Positions 48,245 through 59,865 of a DNA stretch of 64,000 nt are shown here, piece by piece. The number at the start of each line of letters is the position of its first letter. Positions within the stretch are counted from its first letter, which is position 1. The notes beneath the pieces are model-generated. The model did not search any database. It saw only the letters and a program-made list of their open reading frames with translations, and was not told the DNA's origin. The stretch comes from Carcharhinus longimanus (taxonomy: Eukaryota): the NCBI GenBank assembly GCA_030264375.1, contig JASCQW010000072.1, positions 67,170,209-67,234,208 of the forward strand, in the 5' to 3' direction. The position numbers and the translations under genes were made by a program.

Positions 48245-49429
48245 CTAAGTAATCCATACCAGACTTGTCTAAATTTCTGAAAGATGGCACTGAATGATCA
48301 TCCTCATCAAATGACATGCAATACAAGCATGAAAAATCTTTTTATTAGTGCAGAGGTTGCTATCCTGTGGTTGAATAAAAGCCCACTTTTGGACAACAAA
48401 TCTGACCCAAACAGTGGTGGGATTTAGGTGTGCCTGGTTCAGTACTCATATTTAACTTTAAATTTATTTATTATTATCGCAATTAGGCTTATTTTATGAG
48501 CAAAATATTGATAAAAATATTCCAGTAGATGAGGACTGTCCTATCGACTTGTAGACTTTCGTCCTATTATTCTGGACTGAGCGTGCAATGTTAGTAACCC
48601 ACTGTGCCACCCAGATTACACTGATACTTTCTTGTTCTCAATGTGTGTTACAAGACATATAAATTGTAGCTGTATTGTACCTATAAGGTCCTTTAAGTAA
48701 TCTCACAGATGACATTAAAAGGGACTCTGAGTTCAGTTGACATGTATATCTTAAGCCAACCATATTTCACAAGTTACAGCACACAAGCTTATAATTTCAC
48801 AGCATCATGGATATTTTTGCAGCCCATGAGGTGACGACACTCCTCTCGAATATAAATGAGATCCCATGTTGTTAAATGAAGATGAATTGTGGACTTATTT
48901 AAACCTCAGCCTCTCTGTGCCCAGAAAATAAATAAACCATCCAAAGATAGAGCTACATCTTTTCTCACGTACCCAATTAGACCACTACTGATCATCCCTG
49001 GGCATGTTCCCCACCAATATTGTTGATTACCAACATATGTACGTGTCTGGAAAAACAATCACCAAACACGCACAAATGCCAGAAACAATTAATGTGCCTC
49101 ACCAAGCTATTAAGTAATGTCATTATCTAATCAGGGTGGCATTGACATAGGCAGTCCTTGTCAGAAACAACAGGATATTATTGGCATGCCTTTGTGTACA
49201 TGTGTTGGAAGCAAATTCGTTATAGAAAATTAGAAACATACCTAGCTTAAAATATAGTACATTAATGATTGCAGAGACTTAGCAATAAACTGGTTATGAA
49301 TGTGTGTTAAGTAGTTCAATCTTTGGGATCTACAAAGGTAAGGGAAATAGAGAAAGAGAAAGGGATACCAATACTGATAAAATGCCCCCTACAGTAAAAC
49401 AAAAAATTATAATATGAATGATCAGGAAG

Positions 49430-51060
49430 TGGAAACACTACGGGTAGAATTATGAATAGCAAAGGATGCACAATTCATTAGGTCCCAGAACAGTTCCCAA
49501 GGAATGAAAGGTAACAGACAAAACCCAGCTGTTTAAGATTTACCTTCACCTTTTCTTTTACAAAGGGAAAGAAGAAAACTGAACTATTGGATAGTTAGCC
49601 TAATATCAGGAGATGGCAAAGGTGAGAATCAATCATTAGAGGCGTGGCAATGGGATACTTAAAAAATCACAACGTGATTACAAAGTCTCACAGATTATGA
49701 AACAGAAAGCATTTTTGACAAACGGGCAGCAGAGTGGCTAGCACTGCTGCCTCCCTCCTTCAGATGCTCCTTTGGAGAGTTGGTACAGACTCGATGGGCC
49801 AAATGGCCTTCTTAAACACTGTAGGGATTTTATGGATTCTAAATCCATTACAATTCAGTATGTGATCGATAAGTTGAATAAGGGGGAAACCCTTATATAG
49901 TTTACTTGCATTTTCAAAAAAGTATTCAATAAGGTGCTGCAGAAGAGGTTATAACATAAAATATTTTATGGAGTGCTATTTAACATGAATTGAGGATTGG
50001 TTAATGGACAAAATAGAGAAAATAGGAATAAACAGGACATTGTAATTAGTGAGATACTGCAAAGGTCAATACCTGGGCTTTAGCTATTTACAATCCATAT
50101 CAATGACTTAGATGAGTGGATTGACATATCCAGATTTGCTTACAAGATCAAATTAGATGGGGAGTAAGCACTGACCAGGAAGCAAAGAGGCTGCCGAGGG
50201 ATATAGATAGATTGAGTGAGTGGACAAAAATATGATAAATGAAACAGAATATGGTGAAGTTATCCACTTTTGTAGAAAAAAATTAAAATGCAGAGCATTT
50301 TTCAAATGATGAGGGACTGAAAAGACATGTATTCAGCAGTGTCCTTGAACATGAACTACAGAAAGTCAATATGCAGGTACAGCAAGAAATTAGGAAGGTA
50401 ACATAAGAACATAAGAAATAGGAGCAGGAGTAGGCCATCTAGCCCTTCGAGCCTGCCCCGCCATTCAATAAGNNNNNNNNNNNNNNNNNNNNNNNNNNNN
50501 NNNNNNNNNNNNNNNNNNNNNNNNNNNNNNNNNNNNNNNNNNNNNNNNNNNNNNNNNNNNNNNNNNNNNNNNTTGAGTGAAGAAGTTCCTCCTCAACTCC
50601 GTTCTAAACCGCCCCCCCTTTATCTTGAGGCTGTGCCCCCTAGTCCTAAGTGACATGTTAGTTTTTGTCATGAAAGGATTGGAGTGTAAGAGTAAACAAG
50701 TCTTACTACAATTACACAGAGCATTGGTGAGACCAAGCCTAATGTACTGCATGTAGTTTGGTCTCCTTGGAAAGGAAGGATATACATTCCCTAAAGGCAG
50801 TGCAACAAAGGTTTATTGGGATGAGCGAATTGTATTATGAGGAGCGATTGAGTAGACTGAACCTTTATTTCCTGAAATTTCAAAGAATGAGAGATGATAT
50901 AAGTGAAACATATACAATTATTAAGGGGCCTCAGGACAAATACTGTTTTCCTTTCACTGAGGAATCCAGAACACAAGGTTAGAGTCTCAGAAAAAGGCCA
51001 TTTTGGACTGAGTTGAGAAATTTTTTCTATCAGAGATGTGAATCTTTTGAATTCTGGATG
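49430..51060 (+). mobile_element. Old CR1 LINE with nested truncated V-SINE (~49725-49840) and young inverted CR1 tail (~50400-50648)
   Basis: Sequential RT remnants (F.KVFNKV, IEDWL, FTIHINDLDE, LVRP.L.YC..FWSP); nested pieces recognised by heads/tails. Confidence 0.75.
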
Positions 51061-51099
51061 CTCAGAGAGCTGTGCATTGTAGTTGCGATTGAAGATTTT

Positions 51100-52370
51100 A
51101 ATTTTCTCACAGTCTGGGAGACACAAAGCACTAATGTGGCTCTAATGGCTGTAGCCAGACCAGACAAAAGGTGTCTCATGTGCCAGCTCCCCAGAGCCAA
51201 GGACACAGAAGAGTTATGTTGCAGGGGACTCGAGCATTGATGAGACAGTGAACAGGAGAAAGTTACTGATGATGCACACCAAGTTGTTTGGGGCATTGAC
51301 AGACCTGCCAGAGATCCTCCTGTCACTGTCATGGAGCTTTGAGGATCTCAGTTCCAGTGCAGAGGTCAAGAGCAGAGGTTGGATTATCCTTTCTGACATG
51401 AAGTGTTCACACAGTGCTGCTCGACCAACCGTGATGTAGTGTCTACTGGCTGTTGTTTTAACTTTCACTGCAGTGTATAGGAGGCAGTGGCACAGTAGTG
51501 TTGTCACTGGACTAGTAATGCAAAAACCCAGGGTAATGCTCTGGGGACCTGGTTAAAATCCCACCATGGCAGAATACAATAAAAATCTGAAATTAAAGGT
51601 CTAATAATGACCATGAAACCATTGTTGATTGCCCTAAAAATCCATACTAATTCCGTTTATGGAAGTAAATCTGGCATCCTTACCTGGACTGGACTACATG
51701 TGACTCCAGGCCCAAAAAGATGTGGTTGACTTGTAACTGTTCTGAAATGGGATAGCAGACCACTCAGTCCAAAGGCAGCCAGGGATGGACAACAGATGCT
51801 GCTATTGCAGTGACACCCACATCCCATGAATGAATTAAAAAGGGCAAGATCTTCAAAACATCTCAGTGCTACAGAGGGAAGATGTAGATCCATACTTACT
51901 GTCATGTGAGTACTGTCCTCGTGGGCTTCAGTGCTCAAAGCGGCATTCAGGATCTCACAGCAATCCACCTATCTGTGCTCCAGCAGATTGCGAGGATTGT
52001 TGAGGCACTGACCCCAGAGTGCCAGTAACTCTGTGGAACATGAATCTGCTATCATCTCTTAAGATGACCCACATTTATGCTTCCACGATTGCCAATCAGT
52101 CAGCTAGTCATATTACTGCCACTTTTTCCAAGGTGATGCAGTCAAAAGCTGGGATGTCAAGTCAGGGAGTTGTTTGAGGAGCTCCTGCAAGGCAATCTGT
52201 AGGCACCCCCAGTGAAAGTCAGAAGGCTTCCACCAAGCATGTGGCAGCAGCCACTGGGGTAGCACATGGTAAGAACACTAGACCAGCAAAGACACCAGCA
52301 AATGAGGCACACCGGGGGATGAAAAAGTCAGGAAGTGTGAGATCATCCAATTTGAATGTGAGAAAGACAA
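51100..52370 (+). mobile_element. Decayed GC-rich DNA-transposon (Harbinger-associated ORF-like) fragment
   Basis: MHTKLFGALTDLPEILLSLSWSFE resembles a recurrent shark repeat ORF as recalled; split by a SINE. Confidence 0.35.
51482..51840 (+). mobile_element. tRNA-derived SINE with CR1-clade tail
   Basis: GGCAGTGGCACAGTAG..CACTGGACTAGTAAT..GGTTAAAATCCCACC head; tail CCCACATCCCATGAATGAATTAAAA. Confidence 0.8.
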
Positions 52371-52374
52371 CTTC

Positions 52375-52826
52375 AAATAGAACCATAGAAAAAATATAGT
52401 GCAGAAAGAGGCCATTCAGCCCATTGTGTCTGCACTGGCCAAAAAAAGAGAAAATAAAATAGCCATTCATTTTAATCTAATTTTCCAGCCCTGGCCTGTA
52501 GCCTTGCAGGTTACAGCACTTTAGATCCAGGTACCTTTTAAATTAGTTGAGTATTTCAGCCTCAATCACCAATTTAGGCAGTGGATTTCCTTCATGACAC
52601 CTTTAATCCTTCTGCAAATCACCTTAAATCTATGTCTCAGTAGTTGACCCCTTAACTAGGGGAAACAAGGCTTTTCTGTCTACCCTATCTACCCTCACAA
52701 TTTTGTACACCTTAAATAAGTCACCTCTTAGCCTCCTCTGTTCTAAGAATACCAAGCCCAGCCTATCCAATTTCCCCTCAAAGCTACATTTTTCAAGCCC
52801 TGGCAACATTCTTATAAATCCCCTCT
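52375..52826 (-). mobile_element. CR1 LINE 3' end
   Basis: RGFIRMLPGLE...LEQRRLRGDLFKVYKIVR; TAGAACCATAGAA tail. Confidence 0.85.
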
Positions 52827-52879
52827 TAGTGATAGGAGACCAGGGATTGTGAAGAAAAGGAAACTGAACATTCCTGTGC

Positions 52880-53770
52880 TCAGATGACACTAAGATAGGT
52901 GAAAGAGCAAAGTGTGCAGAGGACGCTGAAAGTCTGCAAAGGGATATAGATAATCTCAGTGAGTGGGCAAGGGTCTGGCAGATGGAGTACAATGTTGGTA
53001 AACATGAGATCATCTATTTTGGTCAGAATAACAGTAAAATAGACTTGTTTAAATGGTAAAAAATTGCAGCATGCTGCAGTGCAGAGGGACCTGAGTGNNN
53101 NNNNNNNNNNNNNNNNNNNNNNNNNNNNNNNNNNNNNNNNNNNNNNNNNNNNNNNNNNNNNNNNNNNNNNNNNNNNNNNNNNNNNNNNNNNNNNNNNNNN
53201 NNNNNNNNNNNNNNNNNNNNNNNNNNNNNNNNNNNNNNNNNNNNNNNNNNNNNNNNNNNNNNNNNNNNNNNNNNNNNNNNNNNNNNNNNNNNNNNNNNNN
53301 NNNNNNNNNNNNNNNNNNNNNNNNNNNNNNNNNNNNNNNNNNNNNNNNNNNNNNNNNNNNNNNNNNNNNNNNNNNNNNNNNNNNNNNNNNNNNNNNNNNN
53401 NNNNNNNNNNNNNNNNNNNNNNNNNNNNNNNNNNNNNNNNNNNNNNNNNNNNNNNNNNNNNNNNNNNNNNNNNNNNNNNNNNNNNNNNNNNNNNNNNNNN
53501 NNNNNNNNNNNNNNNNNNNNNNNNNNNNNNNNNNNNNNNNNNNNNNNNNNNNNNNNNNNNNNNNNNNNNNNNNNNNNNNNNNNNNNNNNNNNNNNNNNNN
53601 NNNNNNNNNNNNNNNNNNNNNNNNNNNNNNNNNNNNNNNNNNNNNNNNNNNNNNNNNNNNNNNNNNNNNNNNNNNNGTCCATAAAAAGATCAGCCATGAT
53701 CGTATTGAATGGTGGAGCAGGCTTGAGGGGCCAGATGGCCTACTCCTGCTTCTAGTTCTTATGTTGTATT
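52880..53770 (+). mobile_element. CR1 LINE 3' half (gapped)
   Basis: DDTKIG..AKCAEDAESLQRDID.LSEWARVWQMEYNVGK; tail GATGGCCTACTCCTGCTTCTAGTTCTTATG. Confidence 0.9.
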
Positions 53771-54361
53771 CTTGTAAAAGCTAAGGACAAAAAAAAATTC
53801 ATTTACAGAAAGCGTTACAAAAAAATCAACATGAATGAAATTTTGACTTTTATCACAAGGGGAGCAAAATAAAAAGTGAGGAAGGATCCTTCAGTTGTAC
53901 CCTGCCTGGCATGAACCATTATGGAGTTCTGTGTTTTGTTTTGTAAGTACATAGGAAAGATTTATCAGCCTTGGAGGGGGTATAGTGCATGATACAAGTA
54001 TTTAAAGACGAGATATCAGGCAAACCTGCATCAAAATGGAAAATGGCACATTTTTAACATACAACAGTGTTTGTTGTTCTTGATCCCTCTTACTCACCCT
54101 GTTCCCTCCCTCATGCCAGCATTGCCCACCCCACTCCTCAGATCCAATACTGCCCTGCTCAACCCCTCACTCCTGGCCTCTTGCTGCATCAGACAATCAG
54201 TGTAGCTAGGTGCTAGAATAGAGTGAGAGGGGGTTTGCAAGGGGCCGGGACGCAATGCATGTGCTGGCAGATGGAGTGGGTGCTGAGTGGGCATGAATAA
54301 TGTTTCTGTGCAGCAACAGGAATTATAATGAAATAGGAAAGGCATGCAGATCAGAACATCA

Positions 54362-54658
54362 GGGTGCCTCAGTGACACGGTCGTTAGCATTGCTGCCTCA
54401 CAGTGTCAGGGATCCAGGTTTGATTGCCGGCTTGAGTCACTGTCTGCGTGGAGTTTGCACATTCTCCCTGTGTCTGCGTAAGTTTTCTCCAGGTTCTCCA
54501 GTTTCCCCCCACAATCCAAAGATATGCAGGTTAAGTGAGTTGGCCATGCAAAATTCTCCCTCAGTGTACCCGAACAGGTGCTGGAGTGTGACGATTAGGG
54601 GATTTTCACAGTAATTTCATTGCAGTGCTACTTGTGACTAATAAATAAACTTTACTTT
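54362..54658 (+). mobile_element. V-SINE (full length)
   Basis: tRNA-like head, V-domain, tail GACTAATAAATAAACTTTACTTT. Confidence 0.85.
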
Positions 54659-55974
54659 ATCCAAAAGCATTTTGCAGCCAATGAAATACTTTTGAAGTGC
54701 AGTCACTAATAGTTACACTATTGATTGAATTGCAAAAGTTGTGGAGGCAAGACATGATGCAGTGGGTAGCATACTGCTGTAATTCTAAAGAATTCCATGT
54801 TTGTTTCAAAATTCTATAAAGAAAGTTATAGAAACTCAACCGACTGCTCTATCATTGAACCTTTCTTTGAACTGGTTCAGAGCTGTTGTATTATTTGAAT
54901 ACATCAACATCTGCTATTGCTGCTTAATTCAGTGAATGACTGTACCAAATAATAAACTTGTTACTCAGGTTAGTCCTTTGTGGTGACTGACATTTCCCCG
55001 CCATTCTTTGTGGAAATTCAGAGACAAGCAGTTCAGTGCAGTTTCTAAGTGTTGGGGACTTGCTACTGAGAACCAGCCATGCCAAATTTGCTATGGTGGC
55101 TGGAGGTCTCAGTTTTTTGTTAAACATCCTGGTGTCTGAATTGTTTGCACAAACGTCTTACATGAATCATATCAGAGATTTCCGTCAGGACTTCACCCTT
55201 TTGTACAACATCAGCTTTTCCTCTCACCTCCCCTTTTCATCATGCTCCATTTACTGTCTGTAAACCCAAAAAAACTCCTGTGCTGCGGTGCATCCTTGGA
55301 ATTGGAATGCCACCCACTTACCAATCTATAAGAGGCAGTGCTGGTACACTCCCACATGCACAGAAATCCTCCTCAACAGCATCCAGAGTCGGGAGCTCAT
55401 CTTTTTTCCAAAATGGCCCTCAAGGGTGAACTTTTGTGCTCTTTCTGATACTGTCTTCAGCTGCAGTATCTTCAATTAAATCTCACCTCTATATCTTCCC
55501 CCGCAAGATAAAAACAATGTCTCAAATTACTTTTTCTCCCACCCAAAAACTACACCCGACCACCATCATCCAGCCCAGAATCTGCCAACGTGTCCTGCGT
55601 GTTCCTGCAACCAGTCAATGACTCCAGTGCAATCTTTGCTTCTTTTCACTGGGTTAGAATTGAAATGAAAACAAGCCGCTAGCTTTGTTTTCTTTTAATT
55701 GTTGCTTGGGGAGTCAGGTTGGAACTGGGCTGTTGGCTCTAATTGCTGATCCATGATTTGGTTTTTGGTCCCAGAGCTGTCTCTGACTTTTTTTTAATAT
55801 TGTGATCAGCTCCCAACCTCTTTCTACAAAACAACACCAATCACTTTTAAAGAGGCAAGTGTCTTATTATTAAAAGTATAGCACACAATTGCACCATTAC
55901 AATTACTGAGTAGTTTATACATTACGCTACACCTAATTTTTTCATTAACTATGCGTAAAATAACATTGCATGTT

Positions 55975-57270
55975 ACATAGAAATTAGAAGCAAGAGAAGG
56001 TCATTCGGCCCTTCAAGCCTGCTCCGCCAATTATTTTGATCATGATTGAACATCGAATTCAATATTCTGATTCCCCTTCCCGCCCATATCTCTTGATCCC
56101 TCTGGTCCCTACAGCTATATCTAATTTCTTCTTGAAATCAATGTTTTGGCCTCAACTACATTCTGTGGTAGTGAATTCCACACATGGGTGAAGAAATTTC
56201 TACACCTCTGTTCTAAAAGGCTTACTGCCTATCCTCAAACTATGACCCCCTAGTTCTGGACTTCCTCACTTTGGGAACATTCTTTCTGAATCCACACTGT
56301 CTAAACCTGTTAGAATTTTATAAGTTTCTATGCGATCCCTTCTCATTCTTCTAAACTCCAATGAATGTAATCTTAATTGACTTAGTCTCTCCTCATATGG
56401 CAGATCTGCCATCCCAGGAATCAGCCTGTAAACCTTTGCTGTATTCTCCCTATAGCAAGGACATCCATCCTCAGATAAGGACACCAAAACTGCACACAAT
56501 ATGCCAGCTGTGGATTCACCAAAACCCTATACAATTGTAATAAAACATCGCCATCCCTATACTCAAATCCTCTTGTTATGAAGGCCGACATACCATTTGC
56601 CTTTTTTACTCCCTGCTGTACCTGCATGCTTACTTTCAGTGACTGATGCACAAGAACACCAAGGTCTCACTGAGTATCCACCTCTCTCAATTTACACCCA
56701 TTCAAGTAATAATCGGTCTTCCTATTATTGCTACCAAAGTAGATAACCTCACATTTTTTCACATTACACTGCATCTGCCATGCATATGCCCACACACTCA
56801 GCCTGTCCAAAACATGATGAAGCATCTCCGCATCCTCCTTACAGCTCACTCTCCCACCCAACTTTGTATCATCATGTTGCCCAAGAACATAATAGACCAT
56901 ATGGCCCATTGGGCCTTTTCCACCATTGAAGATGTTCATGGCAGATCTTGGGCTTTAACACCATTTTCTCACCCATTTCCCATATCTCTTGTTCCCTTGT
57001 GAGACCAAAAACCTTATCCATTCAGCCTTAAATGTGTTTAACAATAGAGCTTCCACAACCTTCTATAGTAGAGAATTCCAAAGGTTCACAATCTTTTGAC
57101 TAAAATCATTTCTGCTCATCTCAGTGCTAAATGATCAGCCCTTTATGCTGAGACTGTGCCCCGTGTTTTAGATTCTGTGACCAGCATTGACCCAATTCAG
57201 AGTTCTGTAAAGTTTAATTAACTCACTTTTTTCCCTGCAGCGAATATAAGCCCAATGTACTCAACCTCAT
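55975..57270 (-). mobile_element. Two adjacent CR1 LINE 3' ends (55975-56872, 56880-57270)
   Basis: ORFs DDTKLGGRV, WQMQCNVKKCEVIYFG, YCVQFWCPYLRMD, RRMRRDRIETYKIL; second tail begins at ~56880. Confidence 0.85.
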
Positions 57271-57679
57271 GTTCACATAAAAATAAGCACATATATAACA
57301 ACACAGATTTCATAATTTGCAATCCATTTTTATGATGGTGAATTTAATTTGACTCAATATCTACAAATTAAAATGATAAAATATGGAAAATGATTTCCCC
57401 ACCAAATATTCATCTAAAGACAAGGAAAAAAAACACTTTTAGTGCCTAGATGATTAAATGCTGAAACATTGTCATTTTAATGTTATTTCCATCTTCTTTA
57501 TATGGCTTCATGCTGCTGGAATGATTCATACTGATAGGAAAGAAGTGCTACTGATGGCATTTTCATGTAGATGATCTGTAGACAGAAGACCTGGTCCTGA
57601 GCCTTGATGTTGTCATCAGGTTGCTGTCTACGACAAAGCATGCTATGATATTTGGTGTTTTTGCAGTTCTTGTGATAGA

Positions 57680-58030
57680 AGCATAGAATCCCTATAGTGC
57701 TATTTAACCCACCAGGTTTGCATCGACTCTCCAACAGTGCCACTTACCCAGGCCCATCCCCCACCCTATCCTTGTAACCCCACTCATTTACCATGGCTAA
57801 CCCCCCTAACCTTAACATCTTTGGATACTGAGGAAAATTTAGCATGGCCAATCGTCTAACCCACACATCTTTGGAGTGTGGGAGGAAACCAGAGCACCCA
57901 GAGGAAGCCCACGCAGACAAGGGGAGAAAGTGCAAACTCCACACTGACAGTTACCCAAGCTGGAATCAAATCCAGATCTCTGGCGTTGTGAGGTAGCAGT
58001 GCTAGCCACTGGGCCTCTGTGCCACCATGG
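57680..58030 (-). mobile_element. V-SINE (HE1-like), full length
   Basis: CATAGAATCCCTATAGTGC tail; CACATCTTTGGAGTGTGGGAGGAAACC; GTGAGGTAGCAGTGCTAGCCACTG head. Confidence 0.85.
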
Positions 58031-59194
58031 GGAGCAACAAGTGAATAGGGGAACAGATCTGTCCCTTGACTTCATGTATTTTGATGGTAAAATCTATGAC
58101 TATATTCCAGCTATAGAATCCTGGCCCCACAAAGTTTAGTGGAGTCTGCTAATCAGCTGACAAATATTATAAATGTTGACCTATGGATCCAAAGTACAAA
58201 GCTCACCCCCCAGTGACCAGAACTGCTAAATGAATAAATATAAAATCATTGAACTCGTTTTCCTTCCAATGGAAATGTTAATTAGCCTTATTGTCAGCAA
58301 ATTGTTATTTTCTGACCTTGTGCAAGATAAGTGATGCATTGCATTAGTAAATAAGCAGTATTACAAAGATGGGCAAGCTATTCAGGCTACAAGCAACAGA
58401 AGCTACCTCTAAGTAACAAAACGCGAGAGCAGTCCTATGGCAGGCCTACTGTTATTATTGTGATATGCTATGTTATTGGGTGTAATATTTCTGTTCATAA
58501 GTGAAATAATAATGCAGTGTTACTTGCTGAAGTACTATATTCTTATAAATGTTATAAACCACATATTGACCTGGAATTTCCTGTTCTTCAGCCAGTATTT
58601 TGCTGTATATACAGTATAAATGCCGTTTCTACTGTACTTCACCGATGCTAGAGCAGTAGAGTGGAAGCAACTCTGAAAAAATTATCAACCATTGTGTGTT
58701 TGCTTAAGATGACATTCCTGTTTTTTTTTCTAAAAGGGAAAACTCAAACAGAGATGACTCCCCTCCTCCAGGGAGAGGGGGGCGGTTTAGCGAGCCTCCC
58801 AGTGCTAATGGACCTTGGTGAAGTAAGCAAGATTTAGGTAAGTTTGCACCAGAATTCAATAATGAATGTAAAGAATCTGGCCCCTGGCTGATTGGCGACT
58901 GGATGGTGTATTGGAGTTTGCACACTTTTATTGCATCTCTGTAACTTGAAGTTAAACCCATCTTGGGCTGATTGAACAAAAACCTTTTTATCTCAGAACA
59001 ACAGTAAAATTGACACATTAATTTTCAACCCACAACTTGATATTTAAAATTATGAAGAGATGGAACTAGGTAAATGAGAATAGACAGTTTTAAGTGATTG
59101 AGGCATCAAGATTAAAGAGACATATAGCTTTCCTGTATTTTCAGTTTGAATCAAAATTAAATGAATTTATTAACGAGTCATTCGAACTTCATTA

Positions 59195-59865
59195 GAACTT
59201 GAGCATTACTGAAAAGAGAGACATTTTTTGTTGAAACTTTTCACCTTGCATTCATCAGGTAAGAATACAAATGTCAGGCAAAATAATAAATTTATACTGT
59301 ACGAAAAGAGAGTGTTGCTTGGTTGGCAAATGGAATTTGATTGATAGAGACGTTGCCATGGTGAGTGCACCAGTTGATGGTTACCAACAGTGAGCTACCA
59401 AGCATTGTTTGAAATTTAAGTCAGGCAGCTTGACACTGATTAGTCAAGACATTGCCCTGAAGACTGAACCAGCGAATGGCTGTCACTTTTTTTTTGTAGC
59501 TGAAATAGGCATTATGTGTGTACACATTATTTCTGTCTGCAAAGACCAGGGCCCTATGTATTAACATACGTACCTCCCAGTACACACAAATACAAACCCG
59601 ACTGACAATCTTAAATTGGTTGTCAGCTTGGTCAATAGTGCTTAGCAGTTAACTGTCAGTCAGCATCAATTGTTGCACTCTATGGCAATGTCTCTATCAA
59701 TCAGATTATACTTTCCAGTTAATCAACACTCTTCTCAAATATAAATTTGTTGTTTCCCCTGACATTGGTATTCTGGTGAACTGTCCTGATGAGTTCACTA
59801 GAATACCTGATGAGCTGATGAAAAGCTTCAACATAAAATCTCTTTGTTTCAGTAATACTCAAATT
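59195..59865. mobile_element. Penelope-like element 3' end with inverted pseudo-LTR arms and hammerhead motifs
   Basis: ~200-bp imperfect inverted arms (GAGCATTACTGAAA.. / ..TTTCAGTAATACTC); minus-strand remnant LGGTYVNT*GPGLCRQK resembles the PLE GIY-YIG C-terminus (LEATYI..QGPVLCRQKE); CTGATGA..GAAA cores at 59233-59258 (-) and 59786-59824 (+). Confidence 0.75.

Noticed and set aside
59628-59639. PLE junction filler TTGGTCAATAGT also found at ~62381
   Set aside because: Only ~12 bp in AT-rich DNA; could be chance.
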